64,000 nucleotides of DNA from an uncultured Bacilli bacterium (lineage in GTDB: Bacteria > Bacillota_I > Bacilli_A > RF39 > UBA660). Both the position numbers and the translations under genes were made by a program. The notes under the pieces are model-generated. The model did not search any database. It saw nothing but the letters and a program-made list of their open reading frames with translations, and was not told the DNA's origin. Below, piece after piece: positions 30,128-39,181 of the stretch. The stretch is taken from assembly GCA_947588685.1 (NCBI GenBank), contig CANPYM010000004.1, forward strand, positions 1,091-65,090, in the 5' to 3' direction. Every line of letters starts with the position of its first letter. Within the stretch, counting starts at the first letter, position 1.

Positions 30128-30814
30128 ATGAATAATAGTGAGTTATCTTATAAATTAAAATATATTTTAAAAGAGCTTGGTATGAACAAGAAAGAGTTCT
30201 TAGAAGCGTGTAAAGTTTTTAATCCATCTATTTCTAAACCTACTATTTTGAATGCTATTAACGGGAGAAACACCATAACGCCAACGATTGAAACATTAAG
30301 TACTATTATTAAGGTATGTCAAACGTCAAATAACAAGAAATTAGAACATATTTCTTATGACTTTTTATTAAATGATAATATTCAAGAGGTTGAAGCTAAT
30401 ACCGTTCAACTATATCAAGAAATAGGATTATCTCTTGATGTTATAAAAAAACTAAAGCAATATAATCATCCCTTTTATTATAATTATGGCAATATCATAA
30501 ACTATTACTTATATCATTTACCAACTAATTATTTTAAATATCTAGAATATTTAAAAATCACTGATGATATTTCTAAAGAACTAAAAAAAGATCATTATGA
30601 TGTAAAGAAAGTATTAAAATGCTTTAATAATGATGCTTATCTAGAATATCTTTCCCGAAATTTTAAAAACATCTATACCATTTATTTAGTTATAAAAAAT
30701 AATAATGATTTTGATAAGCCTGAAGTATTAGATTTATTAGATATAGTTAGTAGTAATATAAAATATAAATTATTAGAAATAAATAGAAAGTTATATGAGG
30801 AGATGGAAAAATGA
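30128..30814 (+). CDS. XRE-type HTH protein
   Basis: LK..LKELGMNKKEF...ISKPTI...NG...PTIETL, SYDFLL, IGLS pattern. Confidence 0.75.
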   Translation: MNNSELSYKLKYILKELGMNKKEFLEACKVFNPSISKPTILNAINGRNTITPTIETLSTIIKVCQTSNNKKLEHISYDFLLNDNIQEVEANTVQLYQEIGLSLDVIKKLKQYNHPFYYNYGNIINYYLYHLPTNYFKYLEYLKITDDISKELKKDHYDVKKVLKCFNNDAYLEYLSRNFKNIYTIYLVIKNNNDFDKPEVLDLLDIVSSNIKYKLLEINRKLYEEMEK

Positions 30815-31014
30815 AAATAGAATTAGAAAAATATAGTGATATTGAAAAATTAAGAAATAATTTAGATAAGAATTGTACCATTAATTTATCCCATTGCCAT
30901 CCCAAAGTTAAACTTAGAATCATTGACTTTTTAAGTGGCCTAGTATTTTTCAAAGGAATGCTAAAAAAGATAAATAAGGATGAGTATCAAATTACAATGT
31001 CAGAGGAAATGTAA
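30811..31014 (+). CDS. minimal SepF-like protein (core domain only)
   Basis: INL...RIIDFLSG..KG..KI aligns with the SepF at 45561; GGAG RBS and ATGA overlap with the upstream gene. Confidence 0.7.
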   Translation: MKIELEKYSDIEKLRNNLDKNCTINLSHCHPKVKLRIIDFLSGLVFFKGMLKKINKDEYQITMSEEM

Positions 31015-31043
31015 TTTACTTTATCTAAAGATGTAGGTAAAAA

Positions 31044-32054
31044 ATGGCAGAATTAATAGTCAGAAATAAAAGAGTTGTCAGTGAATATTTTAATATTCCA
31101 TTAGAAGATAAAGAAGATTTATTTAACCGGGCTGAGAAAAATATAAAAGAGTTTATTAAAACATATCAGAATATTTTATTTAATAATAATTATGATAAAT
31201 TGAAAGAGTTTACTAAGCAAACGGGTCTTAGTATACTTAGAGTATATCATTATAAGGATAGTTATAATGTTTTATATTTAGATGAACGAGGTATGGTATC
31301 CAAATGGGAAAATGATCATCATCTTTTAAGTGATAAAGATTATGTCTTTAAACATCATTTGACGGTTCATATTTATCTAGATAAAGTAACAATCGAAAAT
31401 AATTGTGTTTATGGTTTTGTAAATGATAAAAAGCAATTGATTTATCGAGAAGCTAAAGAGTATAACAAAGTTAATGATGAAGAAAAATCTATTCGAAAAC
31501 ATATTAACCAAGATTATTTATTAACTGAAGGCCAGATAAAAAAAGGATTAAAGCTGCTTTCAAAACAGGGATTACCAAAATTAGCTATCAAAGAAATAAA
31601 ACAAATTATGTGTGTTTATCCTTTCTATGACATACTGATTCTCAAAAAAGATGGCAACCTTTTTGTTAATGGTCAACTATACGCTAAAAAGGTAAGGGAA
31701 TTATGTTGCCTAACTTCCTATCGTACTTATATAATATTTGATGATGATAGTGTAGAACTTTATACTTGCCCTTTCATTAGTTCGGCTTCACCAACTATCA
31801 AAGCTATTAAAACGTCATCTATCAATGAATCTTTCTTAGCAAGTCTTACTAGTGATAAAGATTTATTCATAAGTACAATAGGCAGTGATAATTGCTCAAG
31901 TGATTTTGATTGTGATAGTTGCATTGATTTTTATTTATCAAATGTTGATGATTTTTCTTATACTTATGATATTGATAATAAAGTGTCGACTTTAAACTTA
32001 ATCGTTGGTGATAAAAAAATATTATTACCATTATATATAACAATTCGTAAGTAA
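31044..32054 (+). CDS. hypothetical protein, beta-rich C-terminal half (weak RCC1/propeller-like repeats)
   Basis: LILKKDGNLF, IIFDDDSVE, SLTSDKDLF periodic motifs. Confidence 0.6.
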   Translation: MAELIVRNKRVVSEYFNIPLEDKEDLFNRAEKNIKEFIKTYQNILFNNNYDKLKEFTKQTGLSILRVYHYKDSYNVLYLDERGMVSKWENDHHLLSDKDYVFKHHLTVHIYLDKVTIENNCVYGFVNDKKQLIYREAKEYNKVNDEEKSIRKHINQDYLLTEGQIKKGLKLLSKQGLPKLAIKEIKQIMCVYPFYDILILKKDGNLFVNGQLYAKKVRELCCLTSYRTYIIFDDDSVELYTCPFISSASPTIKAIKTSSINESFLASLTSDKDLFISTIGSDNCSSDFDCDSCIDFYLSNVDDFSYTYDIDNKVSTLNLIVGDKKILLPLYITIRK

Positions 32055-32103
32055 AATTTTACTAATTTTGAAGCTATTTTCAACTTCACTAAAAAAACAA
32101 TAC

Positions 32104-33132
32104 TCAATGTATTGCTTTTTTTTGATTAAAAGTATCTTTTTTCCTTTCTTCAACTTCCCTAAAGCGTGGTAATAATCCATAATTGTCGTCACGATGTGGT
32201 GGTAATTGATAGATATCATGACCAGGGTATTCATTAGCTTCAATGAAGAAACATTTATCTTCGCCAACGCAGACATCCCAGCCGATATACCCAACTTCGG
32301 GAACAACTAAAGCAGCTTCCTCACAAAGCTTTTTTACTTCATCCCAATGTGGTATTTTAAGACCAACAAACTCTTTATTAGTTAAAGGATGCTTAGTATA
32401 TAAGTTTTTCTTTTTATCAATAGCTGGATATTTAATAATACCATCATCGATATCGATGGGAGCAGCTACACCTTCATGGTTAAAGTTATCAACATTATTA
32501 TGATTCATACCAACTCTAATAAAAGCTGCTACAACTTCACCAAGTAACGTAACAACACGAAGGGTATTGATGGAATCAGGGTGTAATTCGGTTAGTTCTT
32601 TACATTGGAAAGCTTGCTCTTCAATAAGGGTTTGACCATTGTTAACTAACTCATCAAATAAGTGATCTAAATCTTTATCTTTGACATTTATTTTAACAAT
32701 TCCTTTTCCTTGCATACCACTTTGGGGTTTAGCGAAGATTACTTCATGTTTAGCGCAAAAAGCTTTAAACTCACGTTTATTAGAATTATTTAAATCTAAC
32801 CATTCACGATTAATATATTTACTAAACTTTTTATGGAATTCAACTTTATCAACAAAATATTTTAAATAAGCAGGATCATTATAGTTTTTAACAAACTCAT
32901 TATTTCGGCCTCTTGTTATGACGGTTTTTCTTTCTTCATCGTTCATTTTATACATCTCGAAAAGATTATAATCGACATATCCAGCTTGGTATTTTAACCC
33001 ACAGCGGATAATATCAAAAAAGACATAAAGAGAACTTTTGCCCGTCTTTTTATGAACTTCTTTAACCATTTTGAAAAAGCCTTTATAATTCATCCCAAAA
33101 ATTCTTTGAATTAAATATTTGATTTTTCGCAT
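32104..33132 (-). CDS. sugar-transfer associated ATP-grasp domain protein
   Basis: KP..G.QGKG, SINTLRVVT, VDNF, YIGWDV, IEAN motifs. Confidence 0.85.
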   Translation of the reverse strand: MRKIKYLIQRIFGMNYKGFFKMVKEVHKKTGKSSLYVFFDIIRCGLKYQAGYVDYNLFEMYKMNDEERKTVITRGRNNEFVKNYNDPAYLKYFVDKVEFHKKFSKYINREWLDLNNSNKREFKAFCAKHEVIFAKPQSGMQGKGIVKINVKDKDLDHLFDELVNNGQTLIEEQAFQCKELTELHPDSINTLRVVTLLGEVVAAFIRVGMNHNNVDNFNHEGVAAPIDIDDGIIKYPAIDKKKNLYTKHPLTNKEFVGLKIPHWDEVKKLCEEAALVVPEVGYIGWDVCVGEDKCFFIEANEYPGHDIYQLPPHRDDNYGLLPRFREVEERKKDTFNQKKAIH

Positions 33133-33189
33133 TTCACATCACAAGTCAATTATACCATACCTTAATAGTTGGAACAATAAAAAATAAAA

Positions 33190-33795
33190 TTAGTTCAAAA
33201 GACTAATTTTATTTTCTTTTTTTATAATTCGAACTTGTTTATCAAGATAGCGAGCTAGTTGCATACCATTTTCAACTTTTTCTTTCAAATTAGCATAGAC
33301 ACTATCAATATTTTTATGCATTAAAGCATGAATGATATTGTTTCTAAAAACACACCATGTTTTAACTTCATCTAACACACTAAGAAAAGAGTCGATATCT
33401 AAATCGTTTAAGGCACATTTTAAATCGTCAGCATAATTTTGATTATCCATTGTTAAAATAGAATTATTTCGTTTGGCCCATTTTAGTAATGATTCAATGA
33501 GCTTTCTTTTGTCAGCTATTTTTTCAATATCGACTTCATACCGATAATTTCGATTGTAACAACTATAAATAGTTTTTAGTGTTCTTTTTGTTTTATTAAC
33601 ATCTAGAAAAGTTGATTCCATACTCTTAATTGCATTGATATGATATAAAAAGGAAGTTAAACGATCTTCCATCATTGCATAAATGATGATTATAGCTTCA
33701 AAGTAAAACTCATTTTCCATCGCTAAATTGTACTTGGTTAGATGCTCTTTATATGTTCGATATTTTTCATGATTGTTAATAACTGACTTGACCAT
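33190..33795 (-). CDS. standalone HEPN domain protein
   Basis: FEAI...YAMMEDRL helix and RNNIIH (Rx4H); own TTGACG-17-TATAAT promoter at 33844-33816. Confidence 0.72.
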   Translation of the reverse strand: MVKSVINNHEKYRTYKEHLTKYNLAMENEFYFEAIIIIYAMMEDRLTSFLYHINAIKSMESTFLDVNKTKRTLKTIYSCYNRNYRYEVDIEKIADKRKLIESLLKWAKRNNSILTMDNQNYADDLKCALNDLDIDSFLSVLDEVKTWCVFRNNIIHALMHKNIDSVYANLKEKVENGMQLARYLDKQVRIIKKENKISLLN

Positions 33796-34086
33796 ATCAT
33801 AATCCCTCTTTTTTAATTATAGCTATTATTGTAAATAACGTCAATTAAATATTTGTTGTTAAAATGTTAAGAAATCTAGTATAATGAAATTAGAAATAAA
33901 TGAACTCATATGATGGCATTATTAATAGTGCACATCGTTGATAGTTTATCAAGCAAGTAACCTTTAGTAATAACATACAAAAGTAATATTTTATGAAAAT
34001 TACCAATGATAATAGGCTTTACTATATTATTGACAGTAAATAAATGACTAATCATTTAAGGAATTAGTTTTCTAGTAGGTGAACAA

Positions 34087-35328
34087 ATGGAAAAAAGTAA
34101 GAAGATGAACAAGTTTATTAAAATCTTTCCTTGGTTTTCAGGTCTATCAAAAGATTTATTATTTTGGGTAGCCATTAACACTCTTTTCTTAACCGTCGTA
34201 AAAAAATTAACTATTTCACAAATTGTATCTTTAACACCTATTTCTTTGATTGCCTGTATTGTTTTGCAGATTCCGTTACTTAAAATTATTAAAAAAATTG
34301 GCAATACTACTGCTGTTAGGGTAGGAACTTTTTTATTTTTATTGTCTAGTATTTTACTTACTTTTGGTAATTGTTATATAGTTATTTTAATTGGGAAAGT
34401 AGTATATGAGATAGCTTTTACATTTAAAAATATGGCTAATGCCATACTTGAAAACAATCTAAGATTACAGAATCGTGATGATGATTTTATAATGCTTAGT
34501 ACTAAAGCTAATACTATTTATTCGATAATTACGATGTTGATTTCATTAGTGGCCAGCATAATGTTTAATATAAATCATTATTTACCAATGCTGGGATGTA
34601 TCTTTTTCTGTCTATTATGTTTCATATTATCATTTTATATGGTTGATTATTCCAACTTAGAAATAGCAAAAAATGATAGAAAAATTAAGCCTCGTATAGT
34701 TAAGTATAGTACCATTATTTTATTAATAATTTTATCATATGGATTGTTTTATCCGGTTGTGGCTTCCGGTCAACTTAACGGGCAACTATTTATTCAACAA
34801 GAACTATTAGATAATTATAAAGTTAATCCAGCAGCTTTAATAATTGGCGTAATTTTATTCATATCCAGAGTTATTAGAGTAATATCTAATGTTTTATTTA
34901 ATCGAGCTAATAAAAAATATCAAGATAGAATAGGTGTTATTTTTCCATGCTTATTATTTGCAGCTCTTTTCCTAATGATTGCTGGTTCTTTTATATCTTC
35001 ATCAATTGTGATTAAAATTTTAGCTATGAGTTTGGGATTTATCATTATGTTATTTATTCGCGATCCGTTTGAAGTATACATTCAAAATTTGCTTTTATCA
35101 CAATCTTCAAAGGATGAACAACAAACTTTATTGACTATTTTAGATTTGGCTAAAAAAATTGTTCGAGCTATTATTGATTTAAGTTTTGCTGTTATCTTAA
35201 TTGGACATCAATTATTAAGTGTTATGATTATATTATTAGCTTTATCGTTTGTAGAAATAGTTGTTGGCTTCATCTTATATAGATATCTTATGAAAGATAA
35301 GCTAAAAGCCACTGTTAGTGAATATTGA
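34087..35328 (+). CDS. MFS-type transporter
   Basis: About 12 TM segments in two halves; motif-A-like IIKKIGN. Confidence 0.78.
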   Translation: MEKSKKMNKFIKIFPWFSGLSKDLLFWVAINTLFLTVVKKLTISQIVSLTPISLIACIVLQIPLLKIIKKIGNTTAVRVGTFLFLLSSILLTFGNCYIVILIGKVVYEIAFTFKNMANAILENNLRLQNRDDDFIMLSTKANTIYSIITMLISLVASIMFNINHYLPMLGCIFFCLLCFILSFYMVDYSNLEIAKNDRKIKPRIVKYSTIILLIILSYGLFYPVVASGQLNGQLFIQQELLDNYKVNPAALIIGVILFISRVIRVISNVLFNRANKKYQDRIGVIFPCLLFAALFLMIAGSFISSSIVIKILAMSLGFIIMLFIRDPFEVYIQNLLLSQSSKDEQQTLLTILDLAKKIVRAIIDLSFAVILIGHQLLSVMIILLALSFVEIVVGFILYRYLMKDKLKATVSEY

Positions 35329-35342
35329 AGGGGGTAATATCT

Positions 35343-35414
35343 TTGATTACATTAATTATAATTTTATTATTTATTCGTTGGCTATTAGACGGGGCTGGGT
35401 ATAAGCGCAAGTAG
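35343..35414 (+). CDS. small hydrophobic peptide (23 aa), not in the ORF track
   Basis: GAAGGGGG RBS 8 nt before TTG; MITLIIILLFIRWLLDGAGYKRK*. Confidence 0.5.
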   Translation: MITLIIILLFIRWLLDGAGYKRK

Positions 35415-35447
35415 ATAAAGGGTATATGATTAAGGGAGGGATTTAAT

Positions 35448-35792
35448 ATGTATGAATATAGAATCTATAAAGAAGTTTATGATGAAATGATATCGGGAAG
35501 AAAAAATATTGAAATTAGACTGTTAACAGATAAGTCTGAACAAATCAAGGTAGGGGATACACTTACTTTTAAGGTTATTGATGAAGATTTGTTTTTAACT
35601 ACGAAAGTAACAAACAAATATATTTTTGATGATGTTGATGAACTATGGACTAATGAAGATGTAAGACGTCGTAGTTCAATAAGAGATACAAAAGAAGACT
35701 TCGTTAAACTTTTATATGAAATATTTGGTGAAGAAAAAGTTAAAGCATCTAAATTAGTTGGCATAGAATTTCAAATATGTATAGATGAGTAA
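35448..35792 (+). CDS. ASCH domain protein
   Basis: SGRKNIEIR..D...IKVGD.L.F motif; strong GGGAGG RBS. Confidence 0.85.
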   Translation: MYEYRIYKEVYDEMISGRKNIEIRLLTDKSEQIKVGDTLTFKVIDEDLFLTTKVTNKYIFDDVDELWTNEDVRRRSSIRDTKEDFVKLLYEIFGEEKVKASKLVGIEFQICIDE

Positions 35793-35819
35793 TTGGGGTT
35801 AGAATGGAGGTAAATTTAA

Positions 35820-38800
35820 ATGACTAAAAATTATATTATTGGGTTAGATCTTGGTATAAACAATGTTGGTTATTCTGTTATAGATGGAGATGGTAAAAAA
35901 ATTATTAAAACTGGTGTTAGGTTGTATTCTCCAGCTAACAAAGCCAGTGATAGAAGAGAATTTAGAAATAGCCGTAGGCGGAGAAAAAGAAAAGAAAATA
36001 GAGTTCAAGAAAGTCTAAATTTATTTAAAACAATATCTTTTCCAAATAGTATAACAACAGATACCAACTTGCTTCAAAAAAGAATTAAAGGACTACAGGA
36101 ACAAATAACTCAGCAAGATATTGTTAATATTACGTGTTATTTTGTGGCTCATAGGGGGTATATTCCATACGGAGATGAACCTGCTAAAATTGATTTGCAC
36201 GGAGAATATCCCTGCAAATATTATCAAAAATTATTTGAAGAGAATGGAAAATATCGAGCTTTGGATGAAACTGTTAACAATTATGATTTAAAACGGGAAT
36301 TAAATGATATTTTAAGTAAACAGGCGTCATTTTATCCTGAATTAAAAAAAATAATTGATTCTGAAAAGGGATTACTATGGATATTTGGCCGTAAAAGAAA
36401 ATTTTGGGAGGGACCAGGAAGTCCTAGCTCTTTTACACCTTTTGGTAGATTTAAAAACGAAGATGACGCTAGAGAATATTTTGAATTAAAGGCTCTTGGA
36501 AAAGAAAAATACTTATTTGAAGATTTAATAGGTCATTGTGAAATTTTCCCTAATGAAAAATGTGTGCCTAAATGTAATGTGTTTGCTGAACAATTTAACT
36601 TATTAAATGATTTTATTAATATTAGAATTACTAATTCTGATAATATAAAAAAGCAAGATTATGTATCTGCATTTGATAACGATACTTATAAATTAACAAC
36701 GATGGCTTTGAATGATATTATCAAATACTGCATGGATAGTGATGCCAAATCATTATCCTATAACAAGGTCTTAAAGGATGCTTTAGGCTTAAATATAAGT
36801 GATATCAGAGGATATAGAATTGACAAAAATAAAAAACCACTATTTTCTTTAATGAAAGCATTTAGATATGTAAAACGTATTTATCTTGAAAACGATATAG
36901 ATATGTCGTGGTTAATTTTAGACCAATATAAAAATTATAATGTGCTTATGAACTTATTAGCAGTGTCTCCTGGTATAGTTGAAACGGAGCGAATGATTTC
37001 TAGTATTCATCATTGTGATGCCAAAGAATTAAACGCTATAAAAGAGATAAAAAATAAGCTTGATAGAGATAATTTCTTTCAATATCATGCCCTATCAGAA
37101 AAGGCTTTAAAAATAGCAATTAATGATATGATAACTAATTGTTTGAATTTTATGCAAGCGTCTAGAAAATTTGATTATGGCAAAGCAGCTAGAGAAAATT
37201 TAGTTAAAAACTATGGCAATGGTGAGGGACATTTATTAATGACATCTAAATATATTGATGATATTGTGGCATCTCCTCAAGTTAAAAAGACGTTACGTCA
37301 GTCTATTCGTGTGATTAATGCGATTATTAAGGAACAAGGGTGCTATCCTAGCGTCATAGCTATCGAATCAACAAAAGATATGAATGGTGATAATCAAAAA
37401 AAGGCTATTGAACGTTATCAAAAAATTCAAGAAAGTTTGCGTTCGAAAGCTAGAGAATATATTGAAAAAAATATCGGCGAAGATAAAGTAACAGAAAACT
37501 TAATAGAAAAAATTATGCTTTATTTTGAAATTAATTCAGAATGCCCATATTGTGGTAATCATATACCAATAAATGATATTTTAAATGGTAATGCACAAAC
37601 AGAACATATATTGCCATTAAGTCAAAGTTCCGATGATTCTCAGGACAATAAAACCATAGCATGCGACAACTGTAATCAAAGAGGTAAGAAAAATAAAACG
37701 CCTTATGAATTTTTGAGCCCTGTGGAATTTGATAAATTTGTTAGTCGTGTTTCTCAAATGAAAATAAGTGATAAAAAGCGTGAAAACTTTTTAACAACTG
37801 AAGATGTTAATAAATATCAAATTCGCTTTTTCAATCGTAATTTAAGGGATACGGCTTATGCTACTAAAGAACTTGTTTCGCAAGTCCAACTATTTAACTT
37901 ATATTTAAAAGAAAATCTTAATGATACACAAATATTGACATTATCAACCCCAGGACAATTAACCTATAAAGTTCGTTCAGATTGGAAATTAGATAAAGAT
38001 AGAAATGAGGAGTATCATCACGCTGTCGATGCTACAATTGTTGCAGGTATAGCTACTACCAAAATCGGGCGAGAAATAATCAAATTGCAAAATGATTCTC
38101 AATATTTATTATTAAATAAAGAAACTTTAAAAGAAATACCAAAGTTAATTAATCAAACGTTTCCTACTAATATTAAACCAGAAATATTAAAAATTAAAAG
38201 TATGGATGATATATTCGTATCGCGCCAGGTAAATAAGGATGCTAATGCATCATTATCCAATGCTAATATCTGCTCATATGTCAAAAAAGAAGATAAATAT
38301 TATATGATTAATCAAATTGATGATATATATGCACCAGATTTAATCAAAGATGATAAAAAGAAAAATAAAGTGGATCTTTTATTTGATGAAAATGATAAGA
38401 CTTCGATATTGTTGTGTCAAGAAAAAGACCCTCATTTGTTTAGTTATTTACGTGACATATATAACAAATATCAACAAGACCACACTAATCCATTTTTAAA
38501 TTATTGTTATGAAATGATGAAAGATGGCACTGAAAAATTTAACTATTTAAAGCATGGCATAAAGACACCATCTAAAGGTGGCAAAGGAATACTTGTTAAA
38601 AAACTTAGATATATGACTTCAGCCACAGATCCATTTTTACTAGAAAAGAAAAATATAAATAAGAAAGATACAACTTTAATTGGTTTAGATACAGTTTCTA
38701 TTTATTGTACGAGGTTATATTGGGATTTAGATAAGAATAAAATAATTTTTATGCCAATTTATACGCCTTGTGTAGACTTTAATACTAAAAAAATTAATGA

Positions 38801-39068
38801 AAATCATAGTCTTTATAAATTATATTATAAGAAATGTATTGAAGGAAAAAATGTTGAGTTTATAACCGAATTGTTTAATGGTAATTACATTGAAATTGAA
38901 AAACCAGATGGAACTATATTAAAAGATTATGTTAAAACTTATCACAAGATAAGTAAGTCTATAGAATGCAGGTCAGGAAAATATTTATCATCTAAAGATA
39001 AGTTTACATTATACGATGTTGATATTTTAGGAAACAAGTATAAACGTTTGACATGGCCACTAAAATAA
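35820..39068 (+). CDS. cas9: type II CRISPR nuclease Cas9 (compact, Sa/St1-like)
   Basis: RuvC-I GLDLG, Arg-rich bridge helix, HRG, WEGPG, RuvC-II IAIE, HNH EHILP..DD..NK..N..K, RuvC-III HHAVDA, C-terminal DILGN. Confidence 0.97.
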   Translation: MTKNYIIGLDLGINNVGYSVIDGDGKKIIKTGVRLYSPANKASDRREFRNSRRRRKRKENRVQESLNLFKTISFPNSITTDTNLLQKRIKGLQEQITQQDIVNITCYFVAHRGYIPYGDEPAKIDLHGEYPCKYYQKLFEENGKYRALDETVNNYDLKRELNDILSKQASFYPELKKIIDSEKGLLWIFGRKRKFWEGPGSPSSFTPFGRFKNEDDAREYFELKALGKEKYLFEDLIGHCEIFPNEKCVPKCNVFAEQFNLLNDFINIRITNSDNIKKQDYVSAFDNDTYKLTTMALNDIIKYCMDSDAKSLSYNKVLKDALGLNISDIRGYRIDKNKKPLFSLMKAFRYVKRIYLENDIDMSWLILDQYKNYNVLMNLLAVSPGIVETERMISSIHHCDAKELNAIKEIKNKLDRDNFFQYHALSEKALKIAINDMITNCLNFMQASRKFDYGKAARENLVKNYGNGEGHLLMTSKYIDDIVASPQVKKTLRQSIRVINAIIKEQGCYPSVIAIESTKDMNGDNQKKAIERYQKIQESLRSKAREYIEKNIGEDKVTENLIEKIMLYFEINSECPYCGNHIPINDILNGNAQTEHILPLSQSSDDSQDNKTIACDNCNQRGKKNKTPYEFLSPVEFDKFVSRVSQMKISDKKRENFLTTEDVNKYQIRFFNRNLRDTAYATKELVSQVQLFNLYLKENLNDTQILTLSTPGQLTYKVRSDWKLDKDRNEEYHHAVDATIVAGIATTKIGREIIKLQNDSQYLLLNKETLKEIPKLINQTFPTNIKPEILKIKSMDDIFVSRQVNKDANASLSNANICSYVKKEDKYYMINQIDDIYAPDLIKDDKKKNKVDLLFDENDKTSILLCQEKDPHLFSYLRDIYNKYQQDHTNPFLNYCYEMMKDGTEKFNYLKHGIKTPSKGGKGILVKKLRYMTSATDPFLLEKKNINKKDTTLIGLDTVSIYCTRLYWDLDKNKIIFMPIYTPCVDFNTKKINENHSLYKLYYKKCIEGKNVEFITELFNGNYIEIEKPDGTILKDYVKTYHKISKSIECRSGKYLSSKDKFTLYDVDILGNKYKRLTWPLK

Positions 39069-39076
39069 TGTATACT
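39048..39076 (+). promoter_or_regulatory. tracrRNA promoter embedded in the cas9 3' end
   Basis: TTGACA-17-TATACT. Confidence 0.8.
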
Positions 39077-39082
39077 TAAAAT

Positions 39083-39178
39083 GGATATCGAAAAATTGTT
39101 TTCGCTATCTCAAATTACACAGGGTTTCCTATTATAACTAATTTTAGGTAACCAAAAGGTGCTTCGGCACCTTTTTTT
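39083..39178 (+). ncRNA. tracrRNA
   Basis: Anti-repeat 39098-39123 matches 25/26 nt of the repeat reverse complement; ends in the AAAAGGTGC-TTCG-GCACCTTTTTTT terminator. 5' end inferred from the promoter. Confidence 0.9.
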
Positions 39179-39181
39179 GTT

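Noticed and set aside
39098-39135. Orphan CRISPR repeat or second array on the minus strand
   Set aside because: Single copy with its own promoter and terminator; fully explained as the tracrRNA anti-repeat.
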